IMG/VR virus record: IMGVR_UViG_2778261440_000004
Coordinates: 1-64,000 of that record
Reading direction: 5' to 3' (one strand)
DNA: 64,000 bases
Source of the DNA: an uncultured virus (IMG/VR IMGVR_UViG_2778261440_000004)
Lineage: Duplodnaviria > Heunggongvirae > Uroviricota > Caudoviricetes
The stretch's first letter is position 1. Each line of letters begins with the position of its first letter. Below are positions 37,787 through 46,262 of this stretch, one piece after another. The position numbers were made by a program, and so were the translations under genes. The notes under the pieces were generated by a model. The model did no database searches and was not told the origin of the DNA. It saw only the letters and a program-made list of their open reading frames with translations.

Positions 37787-37876
37787 AACCTGTTCTAATA
37801 AACACATGTGGCGCAACTCACGCCACTTTAATAGGATGCAAAACGACAACTTGCGCCGTTGGGTTTATTTATTGTT
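37787..37876. repeat. attC-like hairpin
   Basis: AAC..AATAAAC..GGCGCAA ... TTGCGCC..GTTTATT..GTT. Confidence 0.7.
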
Positions 37877-37895
37877 GGGATTTCGTTTTTGAGCG

Positions 37896-38123
37896 ATGGG
37901 ATTAAATGGACAGCAAGTAATTAGAGGATTGAAAAGAGATAGCGACAACTATGTAAAGCACTATCTCGGTAATATTTGCCTACACAACAATGAAGGCGAC
38001 AATTTAGGGCAAATTAGCTATAGAGTATTTGACAACTTACTAAAGAAAGGCGAAATTAAACGAGTAGCCTTATCTAAGGAATTTTGGTCTGATGGATACT
38101 ATCAACTGAGCGTGGGCAAATGA
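37896..38123 (+). CDS. Cassette-borne hypothetical protein
   Basis: Lies between GTTGGGATT (37874) and AATGCCAAC (ends 38131). Confidence 0.6.
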   Translation: MGLNGQQVIRGLKRDSDNYVKHYLGNICLHNNEGDNLGQISYRVFDNLLKKGEIKRVALSKEFWSDGYYQLSVGK

Positions 38124-38337
38124 ATGCCAACGGTTTAGCTATGCTATAGCACCATTATAACTCACAGATAAACAGACATGCTAAATAAGTGTATAATAAA
38201 ATGAAACTACACTTTGAAATAGAGTTGTTTAAATAATGCTACTTCTAATTTTAGAATTAGTGGCAATAAACAATATTTTGCTATTTTTTTATAAGTAAAT
38301 ACAAGTAAAGTAAAGTAAAGTGAATATATTTGTCCCG

Positions 38338-38446
38338 TATTAATAAAAAAAGACCGAGCTCCAACAGAACTCGATCTTAGCATTACTGAATGTATGTCTA
38401 AAGACATTTAAAAGCGAATTCTGAGCCTAAAAGGATTCGCTTTTAT
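38338..38446 (+). ncRNA. Candidate antisense sRNA
   Basis: TATATTTG at 38325-38332, GACCGAG/CTCGATC hairpin, terminator AAAGCGAAT...ATTCGCTTTT 38411-38444. Confidence 0.45.
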
Positions 38447-38530
38447 CGTTATGGACTTAGGCCTAAACATCACTAGAATAGGCAAGGCCATTTTAACTGC
38501 ATCAAAATGTTCGATTATAAAATCAAACAT
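38408..38530 (-). CDS. 40-aa peptide, candidate type I toxin
   Basis: MFDFIIEHFDAVKMALPILVMFRPKSITIKANPFRLRIRF; minus-strand TATATTTG at 38631-38638. Confidence 0.4.
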   Translation of the reverse strand: MFDFIIEHFDAVKMALPILVMFRPKSITIKANPFRLRIRF

Positions 38531-38951
38531 TGACACTTCACTTTATCCTTCTCAAAATATATACAGTGCATGATGTTGGCTTTGCACTATAATATTCTAA
38601 GTGAATATTCATTGGTAAAAACATTAAACACAAATATACAGGATTAATAGGCTTATTCTACCCTGTATGATCTTCAGCATTCATATTTCCCCTTAAACTA
38701 TAATTATTGTTAATAAATAGCGATTGATATACATGACTATTAATTCGTCATTAATGCCTATATTAGCGTCATATCTCGATCATAAATACTCAATCACATG
38801 TTAATTACTGAAGGTTTTCAACTGTTGTGCACATTATCGCATTTTTATCAACATTCCTATTGTTCATTTCTAGTTAAACAATATACTGTTTATGTATTTT
38901 AAATCATACGCATTTTCATGTGCGTCTCTCGACTATAAACTATCAATTATT

Positions 38952-39389
38952 ATGAAAAAAATGACCTATGCCCAAGCGCGGGAATGGGTTAAACTTAATC
39001 TAAAGCCAATTGGTATTAACACCAAGAAGAAGTTCATTGATTATATGACTTCAAATGGATACTTACCAGAAGGTTTTCCTAAATCACCTTATTATCATTT
39101 CAAGTCCAAACATAAGGACCCGCGCAATGTGTCTTGGATAAGCTGGAAAGACTTCTTGTCATATGGTGAACAACCAATTCAATCAAAGGAAATAATAGAA
39201 TTTGATAGAAAGTATCTTATCACTTCTTCCGGTGAAATTATTAGTAACAGAAAAAGCCAAAAAGGACGAAAGCTTAAGGTCTATTACTCAAAAAAAGGAG
39301 AGCCTAAAGTAAAAATCAGGCTAAACTATGCAAAGTATGCTGTTATTGATATCAATCAGCTTATGCAAAAGTATTTCCCTAAAGAATAG
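38952..39389 (+). CDS. Integrase-repeat-like plus NUMOD4-like DNA-binding protein
   Basis: YAQAREWV...P..P...W.SWKDFL; YLITSSGEIIS...KLK; ATG follows the CTCTC motif. Confidence 0.55.
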   Translation: MKKMTYAQAREWVKLNLKPIGINTKKKFIDYMTSNGYLPEGFPKSPYYHFKSKHKDPRNVSWISWKDFLSYGEQPIQSKEIIEFDRKYLITSSGEIISNRKSQKGRKLKVYYSKKGEPKVKIRLNYAKYAVIDINQLMQKYFPKE

Positions 39390-39392
39390 AGC

Positions 39393-39728
39393 ATGTCCAG
39401 ATACACTCAATATTTCCTCATTAATTATTACATGAAAAATGAATGTAATAAATGCTTTCTGTATCGACAGAATGAGAGTATTGACGAAGTGATGAATATG
39501 GTGTTCGATATCAATTCGAATATTGAAAATAAGTATGTGGACTGTCATATTTCACTATTAGGTTCTTGGGAATACTATCAATTAATTGATCATTTAATCA
39601 CAATTGATTCACCACAGGAGGCTTATATAACAATTATTAAAGAGTTTAAATCCAGAAGGAACTATGTTGGTACAAGTATTAAACGTAAAAGACGCATTTG
39701 GCCAGTTCTTAAAAAGTCTTGCATATAG
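39393..39728 (+). CDS. Hypothetical protein
   Basis: ORF in operon. Confidence 0.5.
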   Translation: MSRYTQYFLINYYMKNECNKCFLYRQNESIDEVMNMVFDINSNIENKYVDCHISLLGSWEYYQLIDHLITIDSPQEAYITIIKEFKSRRNYVGTSIKRKRRIWPVLKKSCI

Positions 39729-40089
39729 TAGGTACAAGAAAGGAACTGTAGGAAGTTGGGTGACAAGATTCAATAATAATGAGTTAAAGATTGAATTCAT
39801 GCATGATAAGCTTATTGAGAACGGATATATTCGAACTGATCAAGGATATATTCAGCCTCCTGACAAAACTATTGCATTGAATAAGATTAGATCTCTATCT
39901 AATGACATTGTAAACCCTCAATGGTTCAGTAATAAAGTAAGCTCAATATTATTATTGAATGAAAGTGAATTCATAGAACTGCGTGATATGTATGTGGAAG
40001 ATTATGAAGGGATAGAAAATTCTAATTTCCTAATGCTTGAGTACGGTGAAGATGATGTGTTTGTAATTCTTAATAGTGATAGGTTATGA
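39664..40089 (+). CDS. Hypothetical protein
   Basis: ORF in operon. Confidence 0.55.
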   Translation: MLVQVLNVKDAFGQFLKSLAYSRYKKGTVGSWVTRFNNNELKIEFMHDKLIENGYIRTDQGYIQPPDKTIALNKIRSLSNDIVNPQWFSNKVSSILLLNESEFIELRDMYVEDYEGIENSNFLMLEYGEDDVFVILNSDRL

Positions 40090-40126
40090 GTAAGTCTATT
40101 AATCTTTAACACATAAACTTCCATAC

Positions 40127-40160
40127 CTTTTTGTTGAAGCAACACATTTTCAACAAAAAG
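40127..40160. repeat. Perfect 12-bp inverted repeat before terL
   Basis: CTTTTTGTTGAA / TTCAACAAAAAG. Confidence 0.7.
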
Positions 40161-40164
40161 ACAA

Positions 40165-41814
40165 TTGTTTTTATTCGAAACTAAATTACATCGGGCTAAA
40201 CGTGAGTTAGCGAGTAGGGTTAGTAATAAATTCTACCAAAAGGATCCTATTGCTTGGTACTGTGATAAGTTCGGAGAGGATATTAAGAATCTAAAATGGT
40301 CTGAATATCATTTTTACGATGGCCATGTATGGGATGGTACTCCGGATCCTTTCTATCAAACTTTCGTTTCATTGGCTGAAAAGCGTTGGGTAGGTATTGA
40401 ATCTGCAACCTCAACCGGTAAAACCTATATGCTTCCACGTATTCTAATGTGGTTTCTAGATGTTTTCCCAGAAGCTTCTGTAATTACTACAGCTCCTAAA
40501 GAAGGACAGCTAAAAAATATCCTTTGGAAAGAAATAGGAAGAGCTTATCCAAAATTCAATAGAATACGTCCACATTCAGAACTGCTTACATTACGTCTTA
40601 AAGTTGACACCAGAAGAGCTAAAGAGCAATTTGAAGATGAAGTCGTTTACAATCTTAATGTAGGGCATGAAGCTATAGGATTTGTTTCGGGTGTAGGAGC
40701 TGGTGAAGAATCAGCAGTTAAAATGCAAGGTTTTCATGCGGAAAACATGCTATTTGTTCTTGATGAAATGGCTGGTATTCATCCAGCAGTATTAAAAGCG
40801 ATTATTAATACATCCACTGGTTCAAATAACCTTGTAATTGGAATGGGTAACCCGGATAGTCAGATTGATCCATTACATGAGTTCTGTGATTTAGATAAAA
40901 CGGACCATATCATTATTAGTGGTTATGATCATCCTAATATTGTCAATAAGGAAAAAAGGGAAATTATACCTGGAGCTGTTAGTCAACAATCAATTGATTT
41001 AAGAGAATCAGAGTATGGAAAAGAAAGCCCATTTTTCAAGTCTAGGGTTAGAGGGATAGCGCCAACTCAAGGAACTGATTCTTTATTTAGATTAGAATGG
41101 CTAGAAAAATGCCTCATTGATGATGAAAAATTCCATGGCAAAAAACGTAGATATGGTTATGATGCATTAGCCATTGATGTAGCACAATCAGAAGCAGGTG
41201 ATAAAGCAAGTTACGGTGCCGGAAAATCAAATGAGATTTTGTATTTAGATAGTTTTCCATGTCCTAATGCATTGCATCTTGCATTTAACTTTATGATGGA
41301 AAACCATGATCTAGATGCTAAAGAATACCATAATTATGATGTTATAAAGGTTAAAGACTTTAATCTGTACTCACACAATATAGGTGTTGATTCTGTTGGT
41401 GTAGGTGCTGCAACTGTTGACGGTTTCTTAGAAAAGGGTGTTGAGGTAATTGGTTTAAATGGAGGCCAATTAGAAGATGCTATTCCTTTGGATAATGAGG
41501 AAAAGCCTTTGTATCAATTTAACAGCCTAAGAGCACAGATGTATTGGCAATTGAGAATTGATCTTGAAAGAAATGAAGTAATAGTCAATTTACTTTCTCA
41601 TCCAAATTACATTAACATCATTAAGCAACTGAAAAAAGAGCTTGTTCAAATTAAGTACCATATTAAAAGCGGTAAGATTGGTATTGAATCAAAAGATGAT
41701 ATCAAAAAACGTTTAGGAGGTAAATCACCTGATCTATTGGACGCTTTTGTGTATTGGAATTGGATGCGTCATAACTTCTACGATAATTCAGGAATAGGTA
41801 TTGTTTCGGCTTAA
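40165..41814 (+). CDS. terL: Terminase large subunit
   Basis: SATSTGKT Walker A, VLDE Walker B, GNP, AIDVA, VDSVGVG, KSPDLLDA nuclease motifs. Confidence 0.92.
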   Translation: MFLFETKLHRAKRELASRVSNKFYQKDPIAWYCDKFGEDIKNLKWSEYHFYDGHVWDGTPDPFYQTFVSLAEKRWVGIESATSTGKTYMLPRILMWFLDVFPEASVITTAPKEGQLKNILWKEIGRAYPKFNRIRPHSELLTLRLKVDTRRAKEQFEDEVVYNLNVGHEAIGFVSGVGAGEESAVKMQGFHAENMLFVLDEMAGIHPAVLKAIINTSTGSNNLVIGMGNPDSQIDPLHEFCDLDKTDHIIISGYDHPNIVNKEKREIIPGAVSQQSIDLRESEYGKESPFFKSRVRGIAPTQGTDSLFRLEWLEKCLIDDEKFHGKKRRYGYDALAIDVAQSEAGDKASYGAGKSNEILYLDSFPCPNALHLAFNFMMENHDLDAKEYHNYDVIKVKDFNLYSHNIGVDSVGVGAATVDGFLEKGVEVIGLNGGQLEDAIPLDNEEKPLYQFNSLRAQMYWQLRIDLERNEVIVNLLSHPNYINIIKQLKKELVQIKYHIKSGKIGIESKDDIKKRLGGKSPDLLDAFVYWNWMRHNFYDNSGIGIVSA

Positions 41815-41844
41815 ATTAACGTTGAACTCGTTAATTATTTTCAA

Positions 41845-44211
41845 ATGGCATTATTTCCGGATATTGACACAAGCAACTTAAATAGTAGATCATCAAACAA
41901 ATCTAAAAATACAGAAGAAGTTGCCAATATTGTTTCAAGTGGTAGGTCTTCTATACCTGACTACCCTACTCTAGGATCAGTAAGTAATAAAATTGAAATT
42001 ACTCCAGAGTTCAATATCAATATTCTGGAAACCATGGAGTATTTAGCTGTAACAAATGGGAGTTTTACTCAAGCCCTAGACAACATTGTTCAGTTAGGTA
42101 ACACCGATCATGAAATTGAATTCTCCAATAATGCGTCTGACTCTATTCAAAGAGAAATTATTGATATTCTTGATGAAGCTGAAAATAGATGGTATGAATT
42201 TGCAGAAGGTAACCAGTCATTAAAAGGAGATTTACTAGCTCAAATGGTAATCAATGGATGTTTATCTGCTGAATTTATACCAGATAAATTTGCTTTAAAA
42301 CGAATTGAAAACATAGTTAGAGTAAGACCAAAAAACATTCGATTCGTTTACAATCCTGATACTACAAAACATGACCCTTATCAAAGATTAGGTTTTTCAA
42401 GTAGTGAAGTAAATGGATTGAATAAGTTGAATACTCTTACTTATACGTACATAGCATTAAGGCGTTATTTTGAGTCACCATACCCTACTCCTCCATTTTT
42501 AGCTTCTATACGTTCCTTAATGATCAAGGATGCAATGATTAACAACTTCGAAACTATCATGAAGATGATGGGGATGTTTGGAATCGTATCAGTTGAGGTT
42601 AAAAAGCCACCTAAAAAAATCAGTGGAGAATCAGATGAACAATACTTGGATAGATGTTATCAGCATTTAGAAAACAGGATTAATCCCAATGTTAAAAAAA
42701 TGCTTTCATCTGGATTTATTACTGGTTACAAGGATGACATGGTAATGAATGTTAATTCTGCAAGTAATAATGCAAAAGGTGCAGCTGAAATGATGAAGCT
42801 CATTGACCTAACTATTCTGCATGCATTAAAGCAGGACCCAAACATGAACGGCCTTAATTTCTCTACCACTGAAACATTTGGTAAAATCATCATGGAGAAA
42901 ATGGTATCACAAACCGGTGAATATCAAAATGCAATTGATGGGTTTTTTAGAAAGGGTTATAAGCTTGAACTTCTTCTTCATGGAATAGACCCACGATTAA
43001 TAAAAAATGTAAAATCTAAGGCACCTAGAGTAAGAGACGAGAAAGCTAAAGCTGAAGCAGATGAAATTAATCAACGGGTATGGTTGGGAGACTATAATCA
43101 AGGTTTAATTGGTCAACAAACTTTAGCTAGATTAAGAGGGTACGACAAACCAGATCAAGAAGGGCCAAGAACTAATGCTTCTGGTACTAACGAAGAAGAT
43201 CATGAAAAAGAAACGCAAGATGAAGAGGATGAAGAATCAAACATGTCAAGTAGATTCAGAGTATTAACAGAATACCAATATGAAATACCTACTTCATGTA
43301 ATGATCATGATGAAATTTCATTTGCAAAGGTGTTACCAGGCAATAAAGGTGATTTGTACCGTAAGTATCTTAAAGACTCTTTAAAACACTTCTCTAATGC
43401 GATTGATAGTGTATCAGATATTGTAATTGATAATTTATCAAAACTCGATATACTGCCATCTAAAAGTGAAACTGCAAAACTCGTATTTGACACGATATTA
43501 AATAATTGGGAAACTCAGTATATCGCAAATCAGGATATAACAACAAGTAATTATATACCTCAACTATGGGACCAGTTTAGAAAGGATAAATCGTGTTTTG
43601 GTGTAAAGACAAACTCATTTGCAGAAAACTTTGAAATTCCGGATGCTGTTTTTGATATGGATGATTTCCGAGCAATGCAATATTTCACAGATTCAGATCA
43701 GCTCTATTTAGGTAAATTCATCAACGATAAAGCAACCAAGAAAAGATTATATCAATTCATTTTCGATGAACATGTTAATGGATCAATTCCTATTGGAGAA
43801 GATCCTAGTGCAAAATTCAAAAATAAATTCAAAGACTTATTAAACGGGGAGTCTTATAAGATCAGTCGCATTATTGATACTACTGCTAATCGAATAAGAA
43901 ACAATTCTGCAATCTATTACATGGATCAAGCTGGAGTTGAAGATTACAGGATAAATGAGATTAATGATAACCTAACATGTGAGCACTGTTCAGTAATGGA
44001 CGGAAAGAAGTTTGAAGTTGGTAAAACTAAAAGCAAGCTAAAGGATGTTATGGAATCAAAACCTGAAGATGTTTCAATCAAAAGTCCATTCGCTACTACA
44101 ATTGGAATAGATGAATTACGTGGAATGACAACTAAGGAAATGGAAAAAGCAGGCATTGACGTTCCTACCTATCACCCTAAATGTAGAGGGTTTGTTACGG
44201 CTGTACTGTAA
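41845..44211 (+). CDS. Portal protein fused to a MuF-like head morphogenesis domain
   Basis: Follows terL; portal-like N-terminus, acidic linker, C-terminal TCEHC..MDGK and P.YHPKCR MuF motifs. Confidence 0.75.
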   Translation: MALFPDIDTSNLNSRSSNKSKNTEEVANIVSSGRSSIPDYPTLGSVSNKIEITPEFNINILETMEYLAVTNGSFTQALDNIVQLGNTDHEIEFSNNASDSIQREIIDILDEAENRWYEFAEGNQSLKGDLLAQMVINGCLSAEFIPDKFALKRIENIVRVRPKNIRFVYNPDTTKHDPYQRLGFSSSEVNGLNKLNTLTYTYIALRRYFESPYPTPPFLASIRSLMIKDAMINNFETIMKMMGMFGIVSVEVKKPPKKISGESDEQYLDRCYQHLENRINPNVKKMLSSGFITGYKDDMVMNVNSASNNAKGAAEMMKLIDLTILHALKQDPNMNGLNFSTTETFGKIIMEKMVSQTGEYQNAIDGFFRKGYKLELLLHGIDPRLIKNVKSKAPRVRDEKAKAEADEINQRVWLGDYNQGLIGQQTLARLRGYDKPDQEGPRTNASGTNEEDHEKETQDEEDEESNMSSRFRVLTEYQYEIPTSCNDHDEISFAKVLPGNKGDLYRKYLKDSLKHFSNAIDSVSDIVIDNLSKLDILPSKSETAKLVFDTILNNWETQYIANQDITTSNYIPQLWDQFRKDKSCFGVKTNSFAENFEIPDAVFDMDDFRAMQYFTDSDQLYLGKFINDKATKKRLYQFIFDEHVNGSIPIGEDPSAKFKNKFKDLLNGESYKISRIIDTTANRIRNNSAIYYMDQAGVEDYRINEINDNLTCEHCSVMDGKKFEVGKTKSKLKDVMESKPEDVSIKSPFATTIGIDELRGMTTKEMEKAGIDVPTYHPKCRGFVTAVL

Positions 44212-44240
44212 ATTACAGTAAACAGCTAATATTTTTTACA

Positions 44241-45779
44241 ATGCCGACAAAAATATCTAAGCTGACCTTATTTGCTCCTCCTAGTAGGTATGTAAAGGTT
44301 GGTGAATCAGGAAATGATAAAAATTTCAAACCATCATTCAGTTGGGATAATGAGGATTATCGTCAAAACAAAGTCAATAAGGATGGTAAAGATTTAGCTA
44401 TTCCAACAGAAGATGACTATGTGAAAATTCCTATTCGTCATTTATCTGCCGGCATTGTGGCTGGAGGTACATGGAGATCAACGGAGTTTCCGGAAAAGAT
44501 CCTTAAGAAATCTGCATCATTATTGAAGCATAAACCAATGTATGTTAACCATGCAATTGAAATTGGTAACAATGTTGGATTAGTTGGTGATGTTGTTTGG
44601 GTGCCTTCTAAGAAAGAAGTTGATAAGGTTATTCCTGGGGGGCTTGAAGCTCCAGCTATTATTGATTCTAAGTTGCACACTGATTTATGTAGAAAGCTTT
44701 TAGCATGGCCAGTTCCTCATATTCAAAGCGTGTCTGTAACTGTAATCTATGAATGGGAGCCATCGCACGAATTCAAAAACGCTGAAGGTGACTATGATTG
44801 GTTTGAATTTGACAGGCATGTAGGAAAGATTGTTAAAGGGAAAATGGTCCGTAGAATAGCTACTAAGATCATTGATTATATAGAATCATCTTTTGTCTAC
44901 TTAGGAGCTGATCCATATGCTAAAATTAAAATCGGTGATGATCTATTCAATATCGATTGGCCTTCTGTAGTTAATCCAGAAGCTTTCGAAACTGATTCAA
45001 CAAGAGAGTTGTACGAAAAATCAGGCCATTACTTTGTTTCACTTGAAAAGGAAAGCTGGACAAGTCATATTTCACATAACTTAAATGTAGAAGGGTTGTC
45101 AAAAAATACAAAGACGCCAATAGAACCATTTAAAAGTAGCGATCAAAATATCAGTGTAATGGAAAAAGAAATTTTAGAATTACTATCAAAACTAACAGGT
45201 GTTCCACAAGATGAAATTACACCTGATGTGCTTAAAAAGTATTCGTTTATTAAGAAAACATCATTTTCAAGCCTTCCTGAGATTAAAGGGATTGATTCCA
45301 ATATCACCGGAATGGAATCTTTGAAAACTGCAATCGAAGGTGTTAATGCTAGAATTGAAGCATTAGAAAAAGATAATAAAGATAAATCTGAAATTATCGA
45401 AGTGCTAACTGAAAAAGATGCAGAAGGTAAATCACTTCCTTTCACTAAAACTACTGCACAAGAGCTTATAGATAAAGCTAACTACGGTTCAAAGCTTGTT
45501 GATTCAAATAAGAAAGAATGTGAGAGGCTTTACAAGGTGTCTGTTGGAGAAGGTAAAGAGGATCCTGAAATTATTAAGTTGATCAATAAGTCAACTCCTG
45601 TTGAAGTTGTTTCCCTTTTGAAACAATATGGAGGAAAAGCAGCAGAAGAGTTTAGTATTAAAATTGAAGAAGACGGTAGTCATTCATTCCGTCAATCAAC
45701 TCCTGAAGGTGGAAATGGTTCTGGTGATGAACAATCCGACCAGTATCAAGCAACTTATTTAGGAGATTATCATTTGTAA
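44241..45779 (+). CDS. Prohead protease/scaffold protein
   Basis: KPMYVNH, SVSV, ESSFVYLGAD protease-like motifs; coiled-coil C-terminus; position. Confidence 0.68.
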   Translation: MPTKISKLTLFAPPSRYVKVGESGNDKNFKPSFSWDNEDYRQNKVNKDGKDLAIPTEDDYVKIPIRHLSAGIVAGGTWRSTEFPEKILKKSASLLKHKPMYVNHAIEIGNNVGLVGDVVWVPSKKEVDKVIPGGLEAPAIIDSKLHTDLCRKLLAWPVPHIQSVSVTVIYEWEPSHEFKNAEGDYDWFEFDRHVGKIVKGKMVRRIATKIIDYIESSFVYLGADPYAKIKIGDDLFNIDWPSVVNPEAFETDSTRELYEKSGHYFVSLEKESWTSHISHNLNVEGLSKNTKTPIEPFKSSDQNISVMEKEILELLSKLTGVPQDEITPDVLKKYSFIKKTSFSSLPEIKGIDSNITGMESLKTAIEGVNARIEALEKDNKDKSEIIEVLTEKDAEGKSLPFTKTTAQELIDKANYGSKLVDSNKKECERLYKVSVGEGKEDPEIIKLINKSTPVEVVSLLKQYGGKAAEEFSIKIEEDGSHSFRQSTPEGGNGSGDEQSDQYQATYLGDYHL

Positions 45780-45797
45780 ACCAAAAAACTTAATAAA

Positions 45798-46241
45798 ATG
45801 ACAGGATCTATTCATAATGCGTCAGTTACAGTATTCCAAGATCAAAAACATGACGCGTTACAACTTGGATTCACTAATGATAGTGGAGGTGATTTAGTTA
45901 AAGGCCAAGAAGTTTATTTAAAGTCTGCTGGTGGAGTGGATAAACGGACGGACGGTTCTACAATACCGTTAGGCGTAGTTATAGTTGGTGCGGAAGATGG
46001 TGAAAAGGTTACAGTTAGAACATTTTTCACCGTATCAGTTACCGGTGTAGCAAAAACAAATGCTCTTAATTATGGTGTAGCAGTAGTTCCTAATGGCACT
46101 GTAGATTCATCAGGTAGACCGGAGTATGTGGCAGCTGGTGCCTCAGTAAATTATTGTGCAATTACAATCAAAGGTGGTGCAGCCGATAGTGAAATATTGG
46201 TGGGTATTTTGGATTCTTTCCATACTACTCCATCTGCTTAA
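45798..46241 (+). CDS. Head decoration/cement protein
   Basis: Gly/Val-rich small protein directly before the MCP. Confidence 0.65.
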   Translation: MTGSIHNASVTVFQDQKHDALQLGFTNDSGGDLVKGQEVYLKSAGGVDKRTDGSTIPLGVVIVGAEDGEKVTVRTFFTVSVTGVAKTNALNYGVAVVPNGTVDSSGRPEYVAAGASVNYCAITIKGGAADSEILVGILDSFHTTPSA

Positions 46242-46262
46242 TAACTTAAAAATTGAATAAAA

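Larger units (their letters stand above)
34229..38131 (+). mobile_element. Integron-like cassette array 2
   Basis: Hairpins 34229-34353, 34580-34665, 37787-37876; cassettes 34351-34582, 34663-37789, 37874-38131 with complementary own ends. Confidence 0.68.

Noticed and set aside
38207..38407. 66-aa minus-strand ORF
   Set aside because: Runs through the promoter-like, low-complexity AT-rich sequence with no recognisable motif; not excluded, since it starts right after the 40-aa peptide stop
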